A stretch of DNA of 64,000 nucleotides from Actinomycetota bacterium (GTDB taxonomy: Bacteria; Actinomycetota; Thermoleophilia; Gaiellales; F1-60-MAGs149), in contig VGBM01000001.1 of assembly GCA_016870485.1 (NCBI GenBank), positions 293,068-357,067 on the forward strand. The letters run 5' to 3'. Both the position numbers and the translations under genes were made by a program. Positions 8,300 through 21,116 of this stretch are shown here, one piece after another (the first letter of the stretch is position 1; every line of letters begins with the position of its first letter). Under the pieces are notes generated by a model, which was not told the origin of the DNA, did not search any database, and saw only the letters and a list, made by a program, of their open reading frames with translations.

Positions 8300-9568
8300 C
8301 TAGGCGTCCCCCCACGGCTCAAGCCGCCCGCCGTCCGCCCGGACGGCGCTCTCGCGCAGGAGCCGGTTGTACTTCGCGAGGCGCTCCGACCGGGTCAGCG
8401 AACCGACCTTGAGCTGCGCCGGGCCCGCGGCGATCGCGAGGTCGGCCAGCCAGTCGTCCTCGGTCTCCCCCGAGCGCGCCGACACGACCGCGCGCCAGCC
8501 CGCCGCGCGGGCGCGGGCCGCCACGGCCAGCGCCTCCGTCAGCGTGCCGACCTGGTTCGCCTTCACGAGCACCGCGTTGGCGGACGCGTCGCCGATCGCC
8601 CGCTCGAGGCGGTCGAGCTGCGTGCAGAGCAGGTCGTCGCCGATCACCTGCACGCAGTCGCCGACCGCGGCCGTGAAGGCGGGCCAGGCCGGCCAGTCGT
8701 CCTCCCCGAACGGGTCCTCGACGGACACCACCGGGTAGCGGCGCGTCCAGTCGGCGACCCGCTCGCCCCATGCCGCCGCGTCGAGGACCGCGTCGTCGGC
8801 GGCCAGCCGGTAGCCCGCGGCCGTCGCGAAGTGGCTCGCCGCCACGTCGAGGCCGATCGCCACGTCGCGGCCCGGCTCGAGGCCGGCGCGCTCGATCGCC
8901 CGGGTCACGATGATCAGGCCATCCTCGTTCGCGCCGAAGGCCGCGAAGCCGCCCTCGTCGGCGCGCAGGAGCGTCCGGCCAAGCTCGCCGAGCTCGACGG
9001 CGAGCGCGGCGAGGACGCGCGAGACGTCCTCGATCGCCTGCGGGAACGTCTCCGCGCGCAGCGGGATCGCCAGGTAGTCCTGCAGGTCGACGGCGCGCCC
9101 CGCGTGCAGCCCGCCCGAAAGCGCGTTCACCATCGGCCGCGGCAGGGCCGCGTGCTCCGCCCCGCCGAGGTGCCGCCAGAGCGGCAGGCCCAGGCTCGCC
9201 GCACCGGCCCGCGCGCACGCCACGGACGCGGCGAGCAGCGCGTTGCCGCCGAGCCGCGAGCGCTCCGGCGTGCCGTCCAGGGCCACCAGCGCGGCGTCGA
9301 TCGCGGCCTGGTCGGCGGCGTCCATGCCGCGCAGCCGCTCCGCGATCTCCCCGGTGACGTGGGCCGCGGCACGCAGGACGCCGCGCCCGCCGTAGCGGTC
9401 GGGGTCGCCGTCGCGCAGCTCGAGCGCCTCGTGGCGCCCCGTGGACGCGCCGGACGGGACGCTGGCACGGGCCAGGGTGCCGTCCTCGAGCACGACCTCG
9501 GCCTCGACGGTCGGCCGGCCGCGCGAGTCGAGGATCTCGAAGGCGCGCACCGCGTCGATCCGGCTCAC
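8300..9568 (-). CDS. Enolase-family protein (divergent phosphopyruvate hydratase paralog)
   Basis: EILDSRGRPTVEAEV, VPSGASTG, DEGGF, GDDL, LVKANQVG, RSERLAKYNRLL. QE is replaced by QD and SHRSGE by SARSGE. Confidence 0.9.
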   Translation of the reverse strand: MSRIDAVRAFEILDSRGRPTVEAEVVLEDGTLARASVPSGASTGRHEALELRDGDPDRYGGRGVLRAAAHVTGEIAERLRGMDAADQAAIDAALVALDGTPERSRLGGNALLAASVACARAGAASLGLPLWRHLGGAEHAALPRPMVNALSGGLHAGRAVDLQDYLAIPLRAETFPQAIEDVSRVLAALAVELGELGRTLLRADEGGFAAFGANEDGLIIVTRAIERAGLEPGRDVAIGLDVAASHFATAAGYRLAADDAVLDAAAWGERVADWTRRYPVVSVEDPFGEDDWPAWPAFTAAVGDCVQVIGDDLLCTQLDRLERAIGDASANAVLVKANQVGTLTEALAVAARARAAGWRAVVSARSGETEDDWLADLAIAAGPAQLKVGSLTRSERLAKYNRLLRESAVRADGGRLEPWGDA

Positions 9569-10560
9569 GCCCCCACCTCCACGCGCTCGAGCGCGCGCAT
9601 CACGGTCGCGGGCGGGTCGAGCACCAGCGAGCGGCCGAGGGCGCGGGCGCGGTCGCGGGAGCGCGCGTCGAGGTACTCGGCCGGCGACTTGCCATCGACC
9701 CGGGCCACCATCAGGACCCCGAGCTCCGCCACGACCGCCGGCTCGTCGGCGAGCCCGGGCGCCGCCTCGGCGTGGGCGCCGTGGAGCGCCCGCGCCAGCG
9801 CGACCAGGAGCGCGCGCTGGCGCGGCAGGTGCAGGGCCTTGAGGCAGAGGTGGTTGAGACAGAAGGCGACATCGAAGGCCGGATCGCCCCAGTGCGCCAC
9901 CTCGACGTCGATGACGAGCATGCGGTCCGGGTAGGCCAGCAGGTTCTTCGGGGCGTAGTCGCCGAGGACGAGCGCGCGGCGGGTGCCTAGGAGCCGCTCG
10001 ACCTCCGCCGCGATCGCGGGGGCGAGATCGGGGTGGCGGGCGGCGGTGAAGCGGTGGTACGGGTCGATCCGGCCCTCGACCAGCGTGGTCAGGTCGTCGA
10101 ACGCCGCCGACACCGCCGGATCGGCCGCCGAGGCCGCGTGGACCCGGCCGAGCAGGTCACCCGCGCGATAGGCGTCGCGCATGTCGATCTCGCCGGCTAG
10201 GAGCCGCTCCTTCCACGGAGCGCCGCCCGCGGGCGCGCACTCCATCGCGAACACGTGCCGGTCCTCGTCGGCGAAGACCACCGCTGGCGCGTGGCCCGGG
10301 CCGAGCAGGCGGCCGATCGTCGCGAGCGCGCGCTGCTCCACGGAGCTGCGCCCCACGTCGTACGCCCACACCTCCTCCACGCGCAGGAAGGGCAGCGCCT
10401 GCTTGACGACGATCCCGTCGCCGCCGCCCGGCCAGCGCACGCGCCAGACGTCGTTGGAGATGCCGCCGCCGAGCGCGTCGATCTCGAGCGCGACCCCGGC
10501 AGGGACGGCGCCATGCGCCGCCAGGTACGCGGGCAGATCGGCGGCGGTGAGCGCCTCCAC
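9565..10560 (-). CDS. APH/choline-kinase-fold phosphotransferase, methylthioribose kinase (MtnK)-like
   Basis: C-terminal part of ORF 9565..11463 from GTG 10560: GGGISNDVWRV, VVKQALPFLRV, LGDYAPKN, IDVEVAHWGDPAFD. Stop overlaps the enolase start by 4 nt. Confidence 0.85.
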   Translation of the reverse strand: MEALTAADLPAYLAAHGAVPAGVALEIDALGGGISNDVWRVRWPGGGDGIVVKQALPFLRVEEVWAYDVGRSSVEQRALATIGRLLGPGHAPAVVFADEDRHVFAMECAPAGGAPWKERLLAGEIDMRDAYRAGDLLGRVHAASAADPAVSAAFDDLTTLVEGRIDPYHRFTAARHPDLAPAIAAEVERLLGTRRALVLGDYAPKNLLAYPDRMLVIDVEVAHWGDPAFDVAFCLNHLCLKALHLPRQRALLVALARALHGAHAEAAPGLADEPAVVAELGVLMVARVDGKSPAEYLDARSRDRARALGRSLVLDPPATVMRALERVEVGA

Positions 10561-10596
10561 GGCCGGAGTATCCCCGATCGCGCCTACCCTGTGCCC

Positions 10597-11507
<911 letters not shown>

Positions 11508-11511
<4 letters not shown>

Positions 11512-12404
11512 GCGCGCGGATCCACGACGTCCGCTACCGCCCCTTCGGCGGGGAGCTGCAGGGCTCGACGCCCCGCGCCGTCACGTCGATGGGGCGCTGG
11601 AGCGCGCTGCGCGCCCTCGGCGCGCGCCGGCCCTGGACGGCGAAGGTGGTGCCGGTCGTGCTTGCCCTGATCGCCCTCGGGCCCGCCGTCACCGTGCTCG
11701 GGGTCAAGAGCCTGATCGGCGGCGACTTCGCGGAGCAGCTGCCGACGGACCTCGTCCCGTACGCCTTCTACTACACGCTGATCGGGTTCGCGATCTGGGC
11801 CTACGCGGCGATCGTCATCCCCGAGACGATCTGCCCCGACCGGCGCAGCCGCGTCCTCGACCTCTACCTGTCGACGGCGATGAGCCCGCTCGAGTACGTG
11901 CTCGGGAAGATCGTCGCGTCGCTCGTGCCGCTCCTGGCGGTCACCACCCTCCCCCTCGCCGTCCTCTACGTCGGCAACGTCTTCTTCGCAACCGACCCGT
12001 TCGGCTACATCGGCGACAACCTGCGCGAGATCCCCGCCATCCTCGGCGGTGGCATCCTAATCGCGTTCGTCTACACGCTGATGGGGCTGGCCGTGGCCTC
12101 CCTGACCAGCCGCCGCGCGTTCGCAAGCGTCGGCTTCATCCTGCTGCTCGTGATCTCCGGCCTCGGGGCCGGCGCGCTGGCGGAGGTCGCCGACCTCGGC
12201 CCGAACGCCCGCATGGTCAACCTGCAGGCCCTGCCCGTGTGGGTCGCGCAGATCATGATCGGCGGCGAGCAGATCGACGGTGGCGACGGCCCGTTCGCCG
12301 CTGCCAACCGCCCCGACCTCGTCCCGCTGTTGATTGCCAACGCCGTGGTGATCGTCGTCTGCACGGGCGTTCTCTGGCTGCGCTACCGGAGGCGGGGCAC
12401 GTGA
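11508..12404 (+). CDS. ABC-2 type transporter permease
   Basis: Multi-TM ORF with ICPDRRSRVLDLYLS...EYVLGK motif. 4-nt overlaps with both flanking ATPases. Confidence 0.88.
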
Positions 12405-13333
12405 ACGCGCTGCTCGAGTTCGACCGAGTATCGAAGTGGTTCCGCGACACGGTCGCCGTCGGCGACGTCTCCTTCGCGATCGAGCCCGGCGTCACCGGCC
12501 TCCTGGGCCACAACGGCGCCGGCAAGTCGACGGCTATCCGCCTCGCGGCGGGCCTCGCCCGCCCCGACGAGGGCGCGGTGCGCATCCTCGGCGAGGACCC
12601 GCGCACGAGCGGCGCGGCCCGCGCCTCGCTCGGCCTCGTGCCGGACGGCGACGGGATCTGGCCCGGGCTGACCGCGCGCGGCTTCGTCGAGGCCTGCGCG
12701 CGCCTGCGCGGCGTCGGCGGCCCCGGCGCCGCCGCGGACGCGGCGCTCGCCGCGGTCGACCTGGCCGACGTCGCGGACCGCGACGTCAAGGGGTTCTCGC
12801 AGGGCATGCGCCAGCGGGTCAAGATCGCGCAGGCGCTCGTGCACCGCCCCCGCGTCCTGATCCTCGACGAGCCGCTCAACGGCCTCGATCCGGGCCAGCG
12901 CGAGAGCGTGATCGCGCTCCTGCACCGGCTCGGCGCCGACGGCACGGCGATCGTCTTCTCGAGCCACGTGCTCGGCGAGGTGGAGCGGATCGCCGACCGC
13001 GTGCTGGTGCTCGTCAACGGCCGGCTCGTGGCGGAGGGCGCGCCGCCCGCGCTGCGCGCCCTGATGGAGGAGCGCCCTCGGCGCGTGCGCGTCGAGACCG
13101 ATCGCCCGCGCGTCCTCGCGGCGGGCATCGCCGGCCTCGAGGGCGTCGGACGCGTGGACGTCGACGAGGACGCGCTGGTCGTCGAGACCAGCCGCCCCGC
13201 CGACCTCGCCCTCGTCCTGCCGGGGCTCGCCCGCGACGCCGGCGCCGACCTCACCGCCGTCGAGCCCACCGACGAGGACCTCGAGAGCGTCTACAGCTAC
13301 CTGACCGAGCGGGCCCGCGGGGTGCGCCGGTGA
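12401..13333 (+). CDS. ABC transporter ATP-binding protein (second ATPase)
   Basis: From GTG 12401: GHNGAGKST, FSQGMRQR, ILDEPLNGLD, SSHVL. Confidence 0.93.
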   Translation: MNALLEFDRVSKWFRDTVAVGDVSFAIEPGVTGLLGHNGAGKSTAIRLAAGLARPDEGAVRILGEDPRTSGAARASLGLVPDGDGIWPGLTARGFVEACARLRGVGGPGAAADAALAAVDLADVADRDVKGFSQGMRQRVKIAQALVHRPRVLILDEPLNGLDPGQRESVIALLHRLGADGTAIVFSSHVLGEVERIADRVLVLVNGRLVAEGAPPALRALMEERPRRVRVETDRPRVLAAGIAGLEGVGRVDVDEDALVVETSRPADLALVLPGLARDAGADLTAVEPTDEDLESVYSYLTERARGVRR

Positions 13334-14043
13334 TCGTCACGCGGCTCGCGATCCGCGCACTCCTCCTGCGCCGGCGCTCGCTCGCGCTCCTCCTGCCCGT
13401 CGCCAGCGTGCCGTTCTTCGTCGCGCTCGGGATCGTGCGTGGCGACGTCACTCCCGACTCGCAGGCGATCATCGTCGGACGCCTGCTCGTGACCACCGTA
13501 ACCCCGCTCGTCGCGCTCGTCCTCGCGGTGACGGCGATCGGCGACGAGCGCGAGAGCGGCACCATCGTCTACCTGGCCACGGCGCGGCTGTCCCGGATCC
13601 GGGTGGCCGCCGAGAAGGCGCTGGCCGCGATCGCGTGCTCCGTCGTCCTGCTCTCCCCCGCTCTCCTCGCCGCAGCCTACTTCGGCGTGCACCTCGGGGT
13701 CGGCGTGGACAACATCCTGCGCGGCGTGCTCGGCACCATCCTCGTGGCCGCGGTCTACGCCGCGGTCTTCGTAGCCGTCGGGCTCCTGCTCAAGCGTGCG
13801 CTCGTGGCCGGCATCGTCTACGTCCTGATCTGGGAGGGCGCGATCGCCACGGTCGCGCCGTCCGCCGAGCGCTTCTCCCTGACCGCGTGGGGCCGCGCCA
13901 TCACCGACGGCGGCCTGTCGCCGCTCGAGGACGGCCTCGTGCCCACCCTGTCGGCCCAGACCGGCGTGGTCGCGCTCCTCGTCGTCACCGCCGCGGCCAT
14001 CCTGCTCGCCGGGCTCCGCCTCGGCCGCATGGACCTGCCCTAG
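13330..14043 (+). CDS. ABC-2 type transporter permease (second)
   Basis: From GTG 13330: IGDERESGTIVYLATARLSRIRVAAEK; six hydrophobic segments. Confidence 0.88.
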   Translation: MIVTRLAIRALLLRRRSLALLLPVASVPFFVALGIVRGDVTPDSQAIIVGRLLVTTVTPLVALVLAVTAIGDERESGTIVYLATARLSRIRVAAEKALAAIACSVVLLSPALLAAAYFGVHLGVGVDNILRGVLGTILVAAVYAAVFVAVGLLLKRALVAGIVYVLIWEGAIATVAPSAERFSLTAWGRAITDGGLSPLEDGLVPTLSAQTGVVALLVVTAAAILLAGLRLGRMDLP

Positions 14044-14618
14044 GCCGGTCCCGCGAGGGCGGCGAGCTCGGCGTCGAGCAGCCCCCGCACCGCACGCGGC
14101 GCCTTCGTGCCGCAGCGCAGGTGCCAGATCAGGCCGCCGAGGAGCGTGCCGAGGCGCTCCGCGGCCACGCGCGGCTCCACGTCCGCGGGCAGTTGGCCGG
14201 CCACCCGGGCGGCCTCGATCTCCCGGGCCAGCGCCCGCTCCCAGCGCTCGTTGCGCGCGCGCACGGCGCGCCGCACCGCCGGGTCGAACGCGGCGATCCG
14301 CTCGTACTCCGCGAAGACAGCGCGGTACTCGCGCGCCGCCGCCGTGTCGGCGATCTCGTGGACCAGCAGGAGGCGCAGGCGCGCGAGCGGGTCGTCGAGC
14401 CGGGCCAGGGCGCGGTCCGAGCGCGCCCACTCGCGCTCCTCGTGGTGGGCGAAGGCGGCCAGCACGATCGCCTCCACGGTCGGCCAGTAGTAGAGCGGCA
14501 GCCCCCGCGAGACGCCGGCCTCGCGGGCGATCACCCCGGCCCGCACGCCCGGGGCGCCGTCCCGCGCGATCACTCGGCAGGTGGCCTCGAGGATCTGGGT
14601 GCGGCGGTCGGGCTCCAC
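14040..14618 (-). CDS. TetR family transcriptional regulator
   Basis: RRTQILEATCRVIARDG...IAREAGVSRGLPLYYW HTH. Start GTG 14618 (ORF extends to 14660). Confidence 0.9.
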   Translation of the reverse strand: MEPDRRTQILEATCRVIARDGAPGVRAGVIAREAGVSRGLPLYYWPTVEAIVLAAFAHHEEREWARSDRALARLDDPLARLRLLLVHEIADTAAAREYRAVFAEYERIAAFDPAVRRAVRARNERWERALAREIEAARVAGQLPADVEPRVAAERLGTLLGGLIWHLRCGTKAPRAVRGLLDAELAALAGPA

Positions 14619-14742
14619 GCGGGGATGATGGCGGATCCCCGGGCCGCAGGTTGGGGCCATCGCGGGCGCGGCGGGACGCCGCCTCGGCGGAGGTCAGGCC
14701 CGCGGCGTCCACCCCGGCATCGTGGGTCGTCGCCACGGGGCG

Positions 14743-14768
14743 GGGCGCCTGGCGCGCCGCAGGCGCCC
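14743..14768 (-). terminator. Hairpin downstream of tRNA-Ala
   Basis: GGGCGCCTG-N8-CAGGCGCCC inverted repeat about 20 nt past the tRNA 3' end. Confidence 0.45.
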
Positions 14769-14789
14769 TGCGGCACCGCCGCCGTCAGG

Positions 14790-14862
14790 TGGACCCAAGC
14801 GGGATCGAACCGCTGACCTCCGCGCTGCCAGCGCGGCGCTCTCCCAGCTGAGCTATGGGCCC
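14790..14862 (-). tRNA. tRNA-Ala(GGC)
   Basis: GGGCCCA-TA-GCTCAGCTGGGAGAGC-G-CCGCG-CTGGCAG-CGCGG..AGCGG-TTCGATC-CCGCT-TGGGTCC-A cloverleaf. Confidence 0.96.
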
Positions 14863-14900
14863 GTGCGGATGGGAAGATAGCGCAGGCCGGGCGGGCCGGG

Positions 14901-15299
14901 CTACGCCTCCGCCACCTGCGTGTGCGGGACCTGCCCCCACAACTCGTCGAGGCGATAGTACGCGCGCGCCTCCGGGTCGAAGACGTGCGCCACGACGTCG
15001 ACGAAGTCGACGAGGACCCACGTCCCTTCCTTGCGTCCCTCGATGCGCGCCGGCAGGAGGTCCTGCTCCTGCTTGAGCCGGAACACGATCTCCTCGGCGA
15101 TCGCCTGCACCTGGCGGGGGTTGCGGCCGCTCATGACCACGAACCAGTCGGTGTAGTCCACCACGCCGCGCATGTCGAGAAGCACGATGTCCTCGGCCAG
15201 CTTCTCCGCCCCGATCGTGGCGATCCGCTCGGCGAGAAGGGCGGAATCGCTCAGGGGGTCAGTCCTCTGCTCCCGACACGCCTGCACCCTACCACGCAC
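14901..15299 (-). CDS. rsfS: Ribosome silencing factor (Iojap)
   Basis: EKLAEDIVLLDMRGVVDYTDWFVV, WVLVDFVDVVAHVF..R.YY.L..LW. True start may be about 15 codons downstream. Confidence 0.93.
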   Translation of the reverse strand: MRGRVQACREQRTDPLSDSALLAERIATIGAEKLAEDIVLLDMRGVVDYTDWFVVMSGRNPRQVQAIAEEIVFRLKQEQDLLPARIEGRKEGTWVLVDFVDVVAHVFDPEARAYYRLDELWGQVPHTQVAEA

Positions 15300-15340
15300 C
15301 GGTCCGGGTTTCGACCCGGATTCCCCGGGTCGTCAGCGGC

Positions 15341-15895
15341 TCACAGGTAGAGCCCGTCGGCCCGTATCCGGGCCTCCACGTGGGGGGTGACGAGGCCCTC
15401 GATCGGCTCTCCGGCCCTCACGCGACGGCGCACCTCGGAGCTCGAGACGTCGATCGGCTCCATCGCGATCGTCTCGTGGTCGCCGGGCGGGAGCGGCGTC
15501 CCGGGGCGCTCGGCGACGGCGATCCGACAGCGGGCGCGCACGAGATCGGGCTCGTGCCAGGTGTCGAGCGCGGCGTACTGGTCGGAGCCGAGCAGGAGCA
15601 CGAGCTCGCCGAGGGGTGCGAGCCCGAGCAGGGTGTCCGCCATGTAGGAGGGCCCGGGCCGGTCCACCTCGACGCGCGAGGCCTCGAATACGGGCGCGTC
15701 CGCCGCCACCGCCTCGGCGAGGCGCCACCGCACGTCGGGGCCCTCCGCGGGGGCCGGCCGGTGCGACGGCGCCCCGGTGGGCACGAGCAGGACGCGCGCG
15801 AGCTCCAGCTGCGCGGCCGCGGCCCGGGCCAGCGCGACGTGGCCGACGTGCGGCGGATTGCAGAGCGAGCCGAGCACCCCGATCCGGTCACGCAC
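15341..15895 (-). CDS. nadD: Nicotinate-nucleotide adenylyltransferase
   Basis: NPPHVGH (HxGH), PSYMADTL, LLLGSD, DVSSSEVRRR; located between obg and rsfS. Confidence 0.92.
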   Translation of the reverse strand: MRDRIGVLGSLCNPPHVGHVALARAAAAQLELARVLLVPTGAPSHRPAPAEGPDVRWRLAEAVAADAPVFEASRVEVDRPGPSYMADTLLGLAPLGELVLLLGSDQYAALDTWHEPDLVRARCRIAVAERPGTPLPPGDHETIAMEPIDVSSSEVRRRVRAGEPIEGLVTPHVEARIRADGLYL

Positions 15896-17210
15896 GGTAC
15901 GCCACCTCGCGATCCCCCACCTTGACGGTGATCCCCTTCTTGGCGCCGGCCCGCACGAGGAGCGGCGTCAGCCGCCGCTCCGCGACGTAGTGGGCGAGCA
16001 GCGCCTGGGCGGCCGCGTCGTCGAGGCGGGCGAGGTCATCCTCGATCGCGGCGCCCACGAGCCGCACCCCGTCCTCGCCGCGCAGGACGCGCACGGTGGC
16101 GCCGCCGCGCCGGCCGGGCCGGTAGACGAGGTAGTCGGCGAGCTCCTCCTCGGCCTCGGGCTCCGCCTCGGGCTCGGGCACCCAGCGGGCGAGCGCGGCC
16201 GTGAGCTCGTCGACGCCGTCGCCGGTGGCGCAGGAGACGCCGATGACCACGGGCCGACCGTCCTCGCCCCGCACCAGGTCGCGGGCGGCCGGAGCGTCGC
16301 CGAGCGCCGCCACGAGCCCCGCGAAGTTCGCGGCCTGCTCGGCGCGCGGCGCGGCGACGAGGTCGCTGCGGTTGAGCACCACGACGCGCGGGCGGCGGGC
16401 GAGGTCGGCCTGGTAGGCGGCGAGCTCGGCGTGGATCGTCACCAGCCCGCGCACCGCCTCGTCGGGCTCGAGTGCCGCGTCGACGACGTGCAGGAGCAGC
16501 CGAGCCCGCTCGAGGTGCGCGAGGAAGTCGCGCCCGAGCCCGTGCCCCTCCGCCGCCCCCTCGAGCAGCCCGGGCACGTCCATCACCGTGACCTGCCGGT
16601 CGACGGCGAGGTCGACGACGCCGAGCACCGGCTCGATCGTCGTGAAGGGGTAGTCGGCGACCTTCGGCCGCGCGTTCGAGAGGCGGCGCAGGAGCGACGA
16701 CTTGCCCACGTTCGGGAACCCGAGCAGCGCCGCGTCGGCCAGGAGCTTGAGCCGCAGGTCGAGCGTCAGCTCCTCCCCCAGCCCGCCCAGCTCGGCCGTA
16801 CGGGGGGCCTGGCGCACCGCGCTGCGGAAGCGGCGGTTGCCGGCCCCGCCGCGGCCGCCGTGCGCGACGACGGCGCGCGCGCCGGGCCGGGCTAGGTCGA
16901 CGAGCAGGATGCCCTCCTCGTCGAGCACCTGCGTGCCCACGGGCACGCGCACCTCGGTGTCCTCGCCCGTCGCACCCGTGCGGTTCGAGCCCTCGCCACC
17001 GCGGCCGTCGACCGCCCGCACGTGCGGGTGGCGGCGGACCGCCATCAGGTCGCGCAGGCCCGGGTCGGCGACGAGCACGATGCTGCCGCCGTCGCCGCCG
17101 TCGCCGCCCGAGGGGCCGCCGCGCGGGACGTACTTCTCGCGCCGGAAGGCGACGGAGCCGTCACCGCCGCGCCCGGCGGCCGCGTGGATGGTCGCGCGAT
17201 CGGAGAACAC
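15888..17210 (-). CDS. obgE: GTPase ObgE/CgtA
   Basis: FRREKYVPRGGPSGGDGG, GFPNVGKSS, ADYPFTT, DVPGL. Confidence 0.97.
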   Translation of the reverse strand: MFSDRATIHAAAGRGGDGSVAFRREKYVPRGGPSGGDGGDGGSIVLVADPGLRDLMAVRRHPHVRAVDGRGGEGSNRTGATGEDTEVRVPVGTQVLDEEGILLVDLARPGARAVVAHGGRGGAGNRRFRSAVRQAPRTAELGGLGEELTLDLRLKLLADAALLGFPNVGKSSLLRRLSNARPKVADYPFTTIEPVLGVVDLAVDRQVTVMDVPGLLEGAAEGHGLGRDFLAHLERARLLLHVVDAALEPDEAVRGLVTIHAELAAYQADLARRPRVVVLNRSDLVAAPRAEQAANFAGLVAALGDAPAARDLVRGEDGRPVVIGVSCATGDGVDELTAALARWVPEPEAEPEAEEELADYLVYRPGRRGGATVRVLRGEDGVRLVGAAIEDDLARLDDAAAQALLAHYVAERRLTPLLVRAGAKKGITVKVGDREVAYRA

Positions 17211-17230
17211 GGGGGGATCCCCCCTTCCAG

Positions 17231-17488
17231 CTAGTCCCCGGCCGGGACGACGGACACGAAGCGCTTGCCGCGCCGCTGGCCGAACTCGACCGTGCCGTCG
17301 ACGGTGGCGAAGATCGTGTGATCGACGCCGAGACCGGTGCCCGCGCCCGGGTTGAAGCGGGTGCCGCGCTGACGCACGATGATGCCGCCCGCGCGGATCT
17401 CCTGGCCGGCGAAGACCTTCACGCCGAGCCGCTGCGACTGGGAGTCGCGGCCGTTCTTGGAGGAGCCGAGGCCCTTCTTGTGCGCCAT
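17231..17488 (-). CDS. rpmA: 50S ribosomal protein L27
   Basis: [16 protein letters not shown]...RLGVK. Confidence 0.98.
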   Translation of the reverse strand: MAHKKGLGSSKNGRDSQSQRLGVKVFAGQEIRAGGIIVRQRGTRFNPGAGTGLGVDHTIFATVDGTVEFGQRRGKRFVSVVPAGD

Positions 17489-17489
17489 C

Positions 17490-17945
17490 TCAGTCCCCTG
17501 TCTTCTTCTCGGTGGGCTTCTTCGCGGCCGCCTTGGCGGCCGCGGGCCTCTTCGGCGCCGCCGGCTTCTTCGCGGTGGCAGGCTTCGCCGCGGCCGTCTT
17601 CTCGGTCGGCGTCTTCCCGGCCGACTTGGCGGTGCCGCCGAGGGCGATCGACTCCACTTCGATCACGGACTGGCGGGCCCGAAAGCCCATCCGCCGCGAC
17701 GAGCTCTTCTTCGCGCGGTACGTGCGGATCGCGATCTTCGGGCCGAGCGTGTGCTCCTTGACCCGCACGGACACCTTGACGGGCTTGAGCTCGTCGGCCG
17801 TCGCGAGCGTCTTCGCGCCGTCGGAGGCCAGCACGACGTCGGGCGCGAGCGTGCCGCCGGCGTCGACCGCAAGGCGGTCCACGACGAGGCGCTCACCCTT
17901 GGTGACGCGGTACTGCTTTCCTCCGAGCGAGATGACGGCGAACAT
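17490..17945 (-). CDS. rplU: 50S ribosomal protein L21 with Lys/Ala/Pro-rich C-terminal extension
   Basis: [14 protein letters not shown]..., [14 protein letters not shown] followed by about 45 aa of low-complexity basic tail. Confidence 0.95.
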   Translation of the reverse strand: MFAVISLGGKQYRVTKGERLVVDRLAVDAGGTLAPDVVLASDGAKTLATADELKPVKVSVRVKEHTLGPKIAIRTYRAKKSSSRRMGFRARQSVIEVESIALGGTAKSAGKTPTEKTAAAKPATAKKPAAPKRPAAAKAAAKKPTEKKTGD

Positions 17946-18026
17946 GCGGTGTCCTGAGTCGGGCCGCCACGGGCGGCGAACGGCGGGACCGTAGCAGAGG
18001 AGCGGGCCCCGGGCTCCGCCTCCCGG

Positions 18027-20434
<2,408 letters not shown>

Positions 20435-20438
<4 letters not shown>

Positions 20439-21088
20439 GGGGTCTCCGTGGCCCCCACGCGCGCCGGTCGTGGCGCCGTGTGGACCGCTAGTCGGGTGAT
20501 GGCCGCCCGCCCGAGGTCGGCGTCCGCGCACGCCTGGAGCGCGCGCGCGACCTCGTCGGGCTTGGCCGAGCCATCCTCCAGGATGGCGATGCGGACATGG
20601 ACCGCCCCGTCCGCGACCGTGGGGTCGGGGGCGAAGCGCCGGACGTCGATCTGGCGGTGACCCTTCGGACCGGACCGCTCGACGACGAGCTCGGGGACGG
20701 CGCGGTAGGCCGCGCACGCCCGCTCGAGCTCGGCCGCCCCGGCCGAGAAGCCGAGGCGGTAGCTCGCGCCCGAGACGTCGGCCTTGGGGCCGGCGGGGGC
20801 GCAGGACAGCGGGACGACGCCACGCGGGCAGGTCGCGGCGAGCCGCTCCAGAACCTGCGCGGGGTCGAGGTCCTCGCCGACCAGGTCGACGGCGAGGTGC
20901 TCGTCCTCGGACGCGACGCCGACGCCGCGCGCGAGGGCCAGGGAGATGACGGGCTTGGGCCGCATCCCCTGGGAGAGGGTGACCGCGTAGCCGGCGCGCC
21001 GCAGCGCGGCGAGCAGGACGTCCACCATCTCGAGGTGGCTGAGGAAGCGGGCGCGGTCGCGCACCGCGAGGCGCAGCTCGAGCCTCAA
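20435..21088 (-). CDS. Radical SAM-linked protein (TIGR03936/DUF2344 family)
   Basis: RFLSHLEM...RRAGYAVTLSQGMRPKPVIS; probable TTG start at 21088, directly after the radical SAM gene. Confidence 0.85.
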
Positions 21089-21116
21089 CGCGGCCGATTC
21101 CCGCGGACGACCGGCA

